DNA of 64,000 nt from Octopus vulgaris (taxonomy: Eukaryota), in assembly GCA_951406725.2 (NCBI GenBank), contig OX597815.1:167152001-167216000 (forward strand), given 5' to 3'. A model generated the notes under the pieces. That model ran no database searches, was not told the origin of the DNA, and saw nothing but the letters and a program-made list of their open reading frames with translations. Below are positions 54,351 to 64,000 of this stretch, one piece after another. Both the position numbers and the translations under genes were made by a program. The first letter of the stretch is position 1. Each line of letters opens with the position of its first letter.

Positions 54351-54610
54351 ACACACACACAAACACACACATATATATGTACATATATGCATATCTGTGA
54401 GTGTGTATCATATACATATATGTATACATTCATACATGCATACACACGTGTTTGTGTGTATAAGAAGAAATGAACATGGGAAATATGTCAAAATGACAAT
54501 ATGACAAAATTATTTCTCTTTGAGAGAAGATAAACAAATGCATGTTGTCAAGTGATCCGATAATCCGAGACCTGATATTGGTAATCTTGTAAGCCCATAG
54601 AACCAGGAAC

Positions 54611-56541
54611 TAGTTAGTTAGTTAGTTAATTTGGCTCAAAAGCAAATAGCAAGGCCATGTAGGGGGACATGGAGTTAAGTACAGGGTGGTGTTCATGTAA
54701 AGAGTTCAGGCCACTTGAGGTCCAGGGAGGCTTTGAACAAAGCGGTCGTCGGCATCTTCACCATCTCGTCTGGCAGCTTGTTCCACGGATCCGCAACCCG
54801 GACGGAGAAAGCTCCTCTCCTTCGATTGAGATGAAATCGTCGCAGGTAGAGCTTTTCGGAATGACCCCGCAGCCGACGCTCCGGAGCAGGAGTGAAGAAC
54901 AGCTCTTTCGAGAGGTTACACTTCCCGCTTATGATGTTGTGGGCGAGAATGAGATCACCACGGCGGCGGCGTTTTTCAAGAGAACAAAGGTCGAGCGTCC
55001 TCAGCCTTTCTTCGTAGGACAAATTTTTGAGACCATGAACCATGCGGGTAGCCAGCCTCTGGACTCTTTCGAGATGCTGTATGTCTTTGAGGAGAAGAGG
55101 CTTGAATCCCATACTCCAATATGGGTCTCACCAGCGTGACATAGAGTGGCAGGAATATGGCTGCTGTGAGCATTCCGAATGACCGTCGAATCAAGAACAG
55201 AATTCCGCGCGCTTTGTTGGCAGCATGGACGCACTGGGCCGAAGGCGAAAAGGAGGAATCCACTAAGATACCCAGGTCCTTTACCTGATCGGTCCTCTCC
55301 AGCAGCAGACGACCCGGCTCGAAATCAAGTTGAGCTGTAGGAGTAGAGCCGACAGGCAGATGACAGCACTTTGACACGTTCAGACACAGGTCCCAATCGT
55401 TAGACCACTTCCAAATTTGGTGGAGGCATCGACGAAGATCCTCTATACTACCGCGAGGAGCGACCAGTTTGATATCGTCGGCAAATAGAAGGGTGTGTTG
55501 CGTGAGGTCGTCGGGCAAGTCATTTATGAAGACTAAGAACAACAAGGGCCCAAGCACTGAACCTTGAGGCACGCCACTGCTCGCACTGGAGACGTCGGAC
55601 CGCGAACCATTAACTTGAACTTGGAAGGAGCGATCTGAGAGGAAGGCACCAACCCATCGTACAATATCCGGATGGAAACTATATGCTTGAAGCTTGACAA
55701 GTAGTAGGCGGTGGTTTACCGAGTCAAAAGCTTTGGCAAAGTCCAATAAAACGATGTCAACAGCATCACTATCATCGAGGATGCGCATCACCAATTCTTC
55801 CATTACTAGTAAGTTGGTCAAGCATGATCTCTTCGGCACGAAGCCGTGTTGGGAATCAGTGATCGAGGCTGTGTTTAGGAGGTAGAGCATCATACTTTTC
55901 TTAAGGATGGTTTCGAACATCTTGCTGATTATTGATGTAAGGGAAACCGGTCGGTAGTTAAGCGGGTCTTCGCGGCTCCCTTTCTTGAAAATTGGGCAGA
56001 TTATCGCTGTTCTCTAGTCTGCAGGTATAACACCCGTCGCCAATGACATATTGAATAGTCGTGTTAAGGGCTCGCAGATGACCGGAGCCAACGCTTTGAT
56101 AACCCGTGGGTGTATGCCGTCAGGGCCGTGACCCTTGTTGACATCGAGGCCTTGAATAACACGTTTGACTTCGTCCCGCGTGATGATCAATCGAAGCATT
56201 GGAGGTACCGATCTATCAAATGGAGGGGGTTCACGACCATCATCTTGTTTGAAAATAGTTGAAAAAGCCTCGGCAAATAATTGACTCTGTTGATAAGGGT
56301 CCTCAATCGATACGCCTGTTGAGTCTACCAACGTTGCAATCTGGTTGTTCAAGCGGGAATTCCGCTGGACATGGGCAAAGAAGGTTTTTGGATTGCTACT
56401 GGCATTTGCCGCGATTTTGTATTCATAACTGAAACGTTCTTTCTTTTCAATTTTCACGGCTCGGTCTCGTTGAGTTTTGTACACCTCAAAAGCTGCAGTC
56501 GAATCCAGATTTTTGAATTCAACTAATCGAGCATTCGACAT
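54611..56541 (-). mobile_element. Young 5'-truncated CR1-type LINE (RT domain), pseudogenised
   Basis: KGHGPDGIHPRV, NYRPVSLTS, QHGF, DFAKAFDSV, SGVPQGSVLGPLLF, LFADD, KDLGI, LVRPILEY, RRRRGDLI; one TAG at 56014 where W is expected and one frameshift near 55095; (TAAC)n tail at 54611-54628. Confidence 0.95.
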
Positions 56542-57209
56542 CTAAAGCAGCAACCGCACCAGTAACTTGGTGAAGATAGTGAATATTGGGTAATCTGCGG
56601 GCTTCATAAACATATGAAAGAGTGGCTGAAATCAGAACAGTGAATGGTCATCCAATAGAGTGTGTATATTCATTCACATAAATATGTACATTTAAATTAG
56701 AAGTCTTATACGGAACCACGAGGTCGTGGGTTCCCGCCATGCATCATCTTGCGCAAGAATATGTGTCATTTTCTCTAGCCTCGTATCTACCCATATTTCG
56801 TGTGTGAAACTGAATAGGCGAAAACTTTATAGATGTCCATTGGATGGATACTACTGGTAATTCAAAGCTACGTCCTAGTCATACACTGTATCACGTCATT
56901 CTGATTATGTTTGAAAATTACATTATGGGTACATGTACCTGCGAAATACTCAGCCACTTACAATTTGAATGACCAGGTATTTCAGCTTTGTGCACAACTG
57001 AGGATGCATCGTCGAAACCGACGGAGATCCATTAAACTATCCAGGTAAATGCATATGGGAGAAGGGGTTATACACTTGAAACCATTAGTTTCTGGTCATC
57101 TTGTTTTTTTGCTTTCATTGTTGCTTGTTAATGGCTTAAAATATTTAACGTCGTACAATCATTTATGATTATAGAATTAGTTGCATAGGTACTTTTTGCA
57201 AGTCATTTT

Positions 57210-57545
57210 GGATCTTTTCCCTTTGAACGGCAAATCGAGAAATTAATTTTTTGTAACTAAACGCTTTCAAACTTCGGAAACTGATAGAACGTGTCATATA
57301 AAACATATTTTGCTTTTTGTGTTGTTGAGAAAAGTTTCTATTTTCAAAGCTATTTCGTGTTAAAGTTGTCGTATTTCGGTAATTTCAACCAATCAATGAC
57401 GTGTATGCAGCTGAATAAAAATTACTGCTGTTGTTTGAGACCAACAACTTCCGGCAGTGTATATTCGGTTGTCAATGTTATTTATGACATCGTTCGTGCG
57501 CTTGTACTGTAATTTCTCGATCTACCGTTCAAAGGGAAAGGATCT
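57210..57545. mobile_element. MITE with GGATCTTTTC TIRs and an 8-bp TSD (Merlin-like)
   Basis: TIRs ggatcttttccctttgaacgg / ccgttcaaagggaaaggatct; TSD GTCATTTT at 57202-57209 and 57546-57553; subterminal similarity to 21270-21459. Confidence 0.85.
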
Positions 57546-58200
57546 GTCATTTTTTATTTTTTTATTTTTTTCATCCTTTTTAAGCCTGAGTAGAAATTCC
57601 AATTTCATGGAAGCAAAAGCAATCTGAAGATTTTTCGTTGCAAGGAAGTATTGTCACGCTTATCTACCACACTAAAATACCTGGCTCTTGAATGCACAAA
57701 GAAGCTAAGTGTCGGGTAGAATGCTAGTGATTCTCTATTGAAGTTCAGTCAATGTCTCGGAAACTTTTTTCTTACTAAGCTAGTGTGTGTCTTTTGCAAG
57801 GAGGAAATATAACTAATATAACAAAAAAAAAAAGTGGTCGCAACTGATAGCGAGTCGACAACCGCCACCATATATGCATATATACAAGACGCACAAAAGC
57901 ATGCAGTGGGTGGGTTCGAATTCCATGGGCAACTTCCGAATTTTTCTACCCAAAAGGATTTTCCAACCCAATAATTTACATGCTATTATTTATAGCTTTA
58001 TGTGATGTGCTTCGAAAGCCAATATTCCTACACACACACACATATATATATATACACACACACATATATATATATATACATGCATATATATATATATATA
58101 TACATACACACACATATATATACATACATATATTTATACTATAGTATATATCTACATACATATATATATATATATGCCTATATATATATGTATGTATATA

Positions 58201-58237
<37 letters not shown>

Positions 58238-58270
58238 TAGATTATATATATATATATATATATATATATA

Positions 58271-59008
58271 CTAGCTGAGATGCCCGGTAAAATAATGACC
58301 GTCAATAAGATATCTGATGATAGCCATGAAACATTTTTCGTCTAATTTCGGCATTTTTCAAAAAATCAAAATCTATATTAATGGGTAGGACCACTATCAC
58401 GAAAACATGAGCAGAGTCTGGTAGCGAACCCGTGTTGTCGCATTCTCGTGCATGTGCGTAAAATGGCGAAATTTTACGCTTTCGGGCAGATTTCGTGAAA
58501 CTGTTGTCAAATTGCCTAAATTATGCTTGAGAAATAAAATGGTCTTACCTAATTAAAACTTGAAACGCTGGGGAATTGAAATAACGAATTGAAATAAGTT
58601 TTAGCAAATCAAACCAATTGGCATTGAAATGAAGAATTAGTAAATGCTAAATAGATTACCGTTAAGAAGCTGTCTGTTTATACGCATGGAATATTTTTTT
58701 GTCAAATTTTGGCATTTTTCTTCAAATTAGTGTCACGATGGCGAGTGCGAAATATTTCGAAATGTTTCGATTTAGGAAAAATCGATGCTGATTAAAAATC
58801 GATTTTTAAAAAAATCCCAAGTGCATAAAACGGAGACCCGTTAAGCTATCCATATAAATACATAAGGGAGAAGGGGTTATACACTTGAAACCATTAGTTT
58901 GTGTCCCCCCCCCCACGGGTCAAGTTTCATCAAGGTCTGTTGGATAGTCGCGGAGGAGTTAAAGTAACAAATTCACAAACGCAGAAACTTGCCATCTATT
59001 ATTATAGA
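58271..59008 (-). mobile_element. Non-autonomous Helitron
   Basis: Minus strand runs A|TCtataataatagatgg ... cggt-cattatttt-accg hairpin ... CTAG|T, with no TSD; a second 5' end lies at about 59933-59985 (+). Confidence 0.7.
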
Positions 59009-59119
59009 TACATATACGGATGAATAGATAGATAAGTATATGTATGTATGTGTGTATATATATGCATTTTCTGAGTATGCATTGTCTGGAGACTTTTATT
59101 TGCAGTTGAAGAAATAGCC

Positions 59120-59289
59120 AAATTTTTGGCTGCTATTTCTGAAAAGTTCGGTGTGTGGTAAAGTGAATTTTTTTACTTTACCATATTTTTATAAATTAAT
59201 ACTTCAAATATACCGTAAATGGTCTTTACATACCGAATACTGCTTGGTCGAATTTATTAACAATTAATTAATTCTACCCCTTTTTTGAT

Positions 59290-59292
<3 letters not shown>
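59120..59292 (+). mobile_element. Diverged copy of the pLTR-like family at 44800-45600
   Basis: ctatttct...ttcggtgtgtggtaaag runs on into taccgtaaatggtcttt..acataccgaatactgcttgg..taattaattctaccc; ends at (TA)n. Confidence 0.55.
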
Positions 59293-59329
<37 letters not shown>

Positions 59330-59335
<6 letters not shown>

Positions 59336-59875
59336 TAAATATAAAATATAAATTACAAAGTGGGACAAGAACGCCAAAACACACAAGGAGACGACACAAA
59401 AAAAACAGACGGGTTACTCGAAGCCTCTAATCTTCAGTCGGGAACCGGATCATCTTAGTAATTTCGGCTGTTTAATCTCGATATTACTCCGACCCAGCCC
59501 CAAGGAAAAACCAAGCCACATGCATTGGATTTCTTGGAAAGAGGGTCGAATGTATACGGAACAAAGACAGGATGCCACACGAATGTAAATACAAGAAACA
59601 AAAATAGAAATAAAAACAGAAATAAAAAACACGAATGGTGGACAGTACAAGGACAGGAGCGTCTTACGACTTTAGACAATTTTTAACTTATCTTGGCTGG
59701 CGTATATGAAAAAAGCCTTCAATGGCAAAAACGAAAACAATGTGAGCGTGGCCGCGGTCAGGCCGGAATAAACATATGTATTACTTTAACTTTCGGGAAG
59801 TGAAAAAGTCTTTAATACTTCGAGCCTACGCTCTTCCACAGAAAGGAACACAGAAAAAAAACAAGGAGGGGAAAT
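59330..59875 (-). mobile_element. TA-flanked non-coding PLE-like cassettes, including a decayed GAGC/GCTC-family hammerhead
   Basis: Minus 59845-59810: CTTT CTGTGGA A GAGC gtag GCTC GAAg ta TT AAAG. Confidence 0.55.
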
Positions 59876-61281
59876 ATATATACACATATATTTATATGGT
59901 TATCTGTCCATTCATCCTTTTATGCATATGTATCTATAAATAATAAATGGAAAGTTTGTGTTTGTGAATTTTTTACTTTAACTCTTGTATATATAAATTA
60001 CGTTCACAACCACACACACACATGCGTATGTACATACATGCATACATTCACGAAAACACACATCTACACACCTATATATACGTTTGTGTAAGTGAGTGTG
60101 TAAATATATCAGTAGATATGTACTTGTATGTTTATCTATTCAACTTTCTATCTATGATACATTCTTTGTAAACTTGTCTTGACCCAACTTCTTTCCTTTC
60201 TTATAATTCACGCAAACCTTTTCTGGTTATGTCGCTAACAATAGAAGTAGCGTTTGTCCACCATTACTGACCTGAAAAGATTTAAAATCTTCCCACGTCC
60301 CACTGGGAACATTTGAAGAATTACAGGAATAAAATGTATACATAATTTTTCATAAATAAATTAAAAGTTGAATTTCAAGATTGCATGCTGAAATGCGCTA
60401 CTGACCGTATTTTTTCTTTATTTTCTTTGGGTGACCTAACTCTTTGTGTCTCACATTCTACTTTTCTCTACTTCTCTCACATTCTCTCTCTCTCACCCTC
60501 TCTTACGCCTTTTCTATCTCTCTCCCTAACTTTCTCCTTCTCGTTTTACGCCCTCTTGTCTTCAGACATTTAGATTTTTTCTTAATGGCATGCTAATTTC
60601 CGAGGGTGCTTCATCCTTGAGATTATCTTCCGTCGTCATTTAAGATTGATTGTAACTATCACTTGACATTCCTGAACTCGTCTCCCGAAGGGAATATAAT
60701 TTCAATAATTTCAAAATTTATCTTGCATAGTATTTGGTATACTTATATCCAACACGAACTTGTCTGATCAGGAAATTCTCAATAACTTTCTAGAGTTTCT
60801 TATATTTACTATTATGTAAAATACATTTACAATTGAATTTATGAATAAGCAGCGATTACGCTTACTCATATCGTATTTTACTATAAAGATTACACATTTC
60901 TAAAAGACAACGGTATCTATATCAAAATAGTAGCGCGTAAACCACCCACCTGTAATTCTAGTAACTCTGGTATCAGTGAATTCCCTTGAAATAGCATAGC
61001 AGCAATAATAAATGGTTATTGTAACAATTTATAATTTTTCTAGTATCGGACAATACAATTCAGTATTTACATTTTATCGTTTAGGAAATAATGCCCAAAC
61101 TATTTAATCGAAATGAAAGTTGTTGTTGATAAAATATCTGACAAAATTAGAAAGAGAAATGGAGTTGAATGCGGTTAAGAAACTCGCTTTGCAACCACGT
61201 GATTTCGACTTCAGTTCCGCTGCGCAGTACATGGGCATGTGATTTCTGCTATAGGTCCGGGTCAACCAATGTATTTTAAGT

Positions 61282-61553
61282 GGAGGCACTAGTGGTTAGA
61301 GCAGCGGACTCGCGGTCGAGGGATTGCGGGTTCGAATCTCAGACCGAGCGATGTGCGTGTTTGTGAGCGAAACACCTAAGCTCCACGCGTCTCCGGCGGA
61401 AGGTAAAGGCGAACTTCTGCTGACTCTTTCGCCACAACTTTCTCTCACTCTTTCCTCCTGCATCTTGCAGCTCACCTGCGACGGACCGGCGTCCCGTCCT
61501 GGTGGGGAATCTATACGCCCTTATGAGCCAGGCGTGGCTCGAGAAGGAAGAAA
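61282..61553 (+). mobile_element. tRNA-derived SINE with V-like domain, nested in a CORE-like SINE (61165-61765)
   Basis: tagtggttagagcagcggactcgcggtcgagggattgcgggttcgaatctc head with A/B boxes; gacggaccggcgtcccgtcc. Confidence 0.8.
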
Positions 61554-61979
61554 CAATGTATTGTAAGTAAATATGATGGACTAAAACTGCACACGCGTGC
61601 GCTTACGTCTTGCTTGTGCCTCCACCACTTCACAACTGATGTTGGTTTTCTTACGTTCCCGGAGCCTAGAGGTTCAGCAGAAGAGTCCAATAAAATAAAC
61701 ACCACACTTGAAAAATAAGTACTGGGGTCGATTTATTCGACTAAACACTTCAAAGGCTGTTCCAGGGAAGGAAATAATTTAAATACGTTAGTTTTACCTC
61801 GTGAAATATTATCTGTGAATTTATATGTTGGTCCAAACTAACAGTAAGTATTTCACTTTAGCCTAATCTATGCATCTTAATTGGTCCTTGGTCTTTTCTA
61901 ATTTCTCACAGTTTTATCATTGCAAATTTAAAAACGAAACACTATGTAGAAAATATCGGTTAATATTCTAATTGGTGTA

Positions 61980-62266
61980 TAGGCAGCGAGTTGGCAGGAT
62001 CGTTTGCACGCCGGGCAAAATTGTCAACGACATTTCGGCAACATTTACGTTCTGAGTTCATCGAGGTCGACTTTGTCTTTCATCCTTTCGGAGGAGAGGG
62101 TTAGTCGATTGCAGCAACACTAGAGTTCAACTGGTACATATTTTATTGACCCCAAAAGGGTAAAAAGCAAAGTCGACCAGACGGCATTTGAACCCACTAC
62201 GAAAAGACGAACGTAATACCACGGAGCATTTAGCCGGGCGTGCTAACGATTCTCTCTGCTCGCCAC
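61980..62266. mobile_element. Two old Meta-like SINEs in opposite (tail-to-tail) orientation
   Basis: Plus-strand head ggcagcgagttggcagg at 61982; minus-strand head at 62266. Confidence 0.65.
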
Positions 62267-62502
62267 CTAACAGTGCAGAAACGGCTGTGATAACAGGTTT
62301 AGTTCTTAGTCTCATAGTTTCGGGTTCTATCCCATTGCGCGGCCCTCTCGTCAAGTATCCCAGGCTGACCAAAGCCTTGTAAGTGGAGACTCTCGATAGA
62401 AACTGAGAGAAGCCCACTATATATGTGAGTGTATATCTATGTGCAAGCGCGATCGCGCATGTGTATATGTCTTTATACTTGTCATCACAACGGCTTGACA
62501 AC

Positions 62503-62918
62503 CTATTTCTATACTACCCACAAGGGGTTAAACACAGAGAGGACAAACAAGGACAGACAAACAGATTAAGTCGATTATATCGACCCCACTGCGTAACTGG
62601 TACTTATTTAATCGACCCCGAAAGGATGAAAGGCAAAGTAGACCTCGGCGGAATTTGAACTCAGAACGTAACCGCAAACGAAATACCTGCTTCTTTATTA
62701 CCCACAAGGGGCTAAACATAGAGGGGACTAACACGGACAGACACACGGATTAAGTCGATTACATCGACCCCAGTGCGTAACTGGTACTTATTTAATCGAC
62801 CCCGAAAGAATGAAAGGATAAGTCGACCTCGGCGGAATTTGAACTCAGAACATAACCGCAGACGAAATACCGCTAAGCATTTCGCCCGGTGTGCTAACGT
62901 TTCTGCCAGCTCGCCGCC
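62503..62918 (-). mobile_element. Tandem dimer of young Meta-like tRNA SINEs
   Basis: Full unit 62689-62918 and head-less unit 62503-62688. Confidence 0.9.
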
Positions 62919-63849
62919 TAAAACGGCTTGGCAACCAGTGTTGTTGTTTTTTTTAAGTCTCTGTAACATAGTAGTTCAGCAAAAAGAGGCTGAAAATAAA
63001 TTCTGAGGTCGATTTGTTGACTAAACGCTTCAAGGCGGCGCCCCATCATAGTCACAGTTCAGTGACTAAACCATGTAAAAGTAAAAGATAAAAGATTTCA
63101 AAACGATTAAGATTCTCTTCATTTCTTTTTGTCTTCCTATTCTCATTGGTAAAAATACAATAGAAATTTGTATCAAATAAACAACTTTACCAGGAAACTG
63201 ACTCAATATCGTTTTCTCTGAAGGGGATTTAATATCTCCAACAAAACTGATATCGTTGTAACTTACATAGTTGTATAATAAATAACTAGAACTAACACAT
63301 CTTATTTCACACAAAGCATACGTATATCGTTTAGACTCTTTTAGATAAAATGTCGCCTTTTTCCTGTATCGCATTAAATTTATAGACTTCATATTTTATG
63401 GGTCTTTAAAATAGGTTACCTGATCCTCTCATGTTGTATTAGTTTCATTTAAAACGAGCCCTACCATAATTTTGGATAGATCCTTCTTATTCATTTCAAT
63501 ACTTGGTATGTAAATCTTCTTGATATTTTTCTATTGTTTGTGAACTCCACACTCCTTTAATTTATTAGTTGTATTATATATATATATATATTTATATATT
63601 TATTTACTGTTATCGTTTCAGAAAATTTCTAGGTATCTAGACCCGGTATATTGAGTTCATTTCGTCGACATACCTACATTTAACCTACGTAAATCTGTCT
63701 TCAATTTCAAAATATATCCATGCAATCAGTAACCCAGCGAAGAAAAAGAAAAATAAGAGAATTCAGGCCACAAAGGTATTTATCTGGTTTCAATCTTATA
63801 TGCAGACATCATCTATTCTAGACTGTACAAAAGGTAGGGAAAGGAATCT

Positions 63850-63882
63850 ACTGCTGCTACTGATACCACCACCACCACCATC

Positions 63883-63957
<75 letters not shown>

Positions 63958-63965
63958 GCTACCAC
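63850..63965. repeat. (CAC)n/(TAC)n microsatellite
   Basis: Direct periodicity. Confidence 0.95.
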
Positions 63966-64000
63966 AGGCTGTAATGATGTAATGATTGCGTTGTTCAATT

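Noticed and set aside
59420-59470. Possible type II (permuted) hammerhead on the minus strand: agcc GAAA..ATC cgg/ccg a CTGAAGA..ggct
   Set aside because: Needs an extra nucleotide before the core and a 5-nt bulge in stem II; too weak without a family alignment
61282-61350. tRNA-like sequence with A and B boxes
   Set aside because: Continues into a SINE body that recurs at 37000-37298 and 5240-5400; no proper acceptor stem

Overview
AT-rich, microsatellite-dense eukaryotic DNA. The SINE families, LINE types and microsatellite load point to a coleoid cephalopod, probably Octopus; this is an inference. I found no convincing host protein-coding exon, rRNA or true tRNA, so the window reads as intergenic or deep intronic. 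Most ORFs in the supplied track are microsatellite artefacts. The identifiable content is transposon-derived: a young 5'-truncated CR1-type LINE (54.6-56.5 kb), an old CR1 (26.6-29.9 kb), RTE relics, an R4/Dong-like LINE bracketed by (AAT)n, a Tx1/L1-like 3' end bracketed by (GATA)n, a Penelope-like GIY-YIG relic, mariner/Tc1 relics, two GGATC-TIR MITEs, a non-autonomous Helitron and three tRNA-derived SINE types. The most interesting signal is invisible in the ORF track. About a dozen minimal type I hammerhead ribozyme (HHR) motifs occur on both strands, in several unrelated short non-coding cassettes that usually abut (TA)n tracts. The best-preserved have the palindromic stem III typical of dimer-cleaving Penelope-associated HHRs. 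They show covarying stems and recurrent non-canonical cores (U3-A8; A6U shared within one family). This suggests a diverse set of microsatellite-associated, ribozyme-bearing non-autonomous retroelements (pLTR/retrozyme-like). All folds were done by eye and none is tested.
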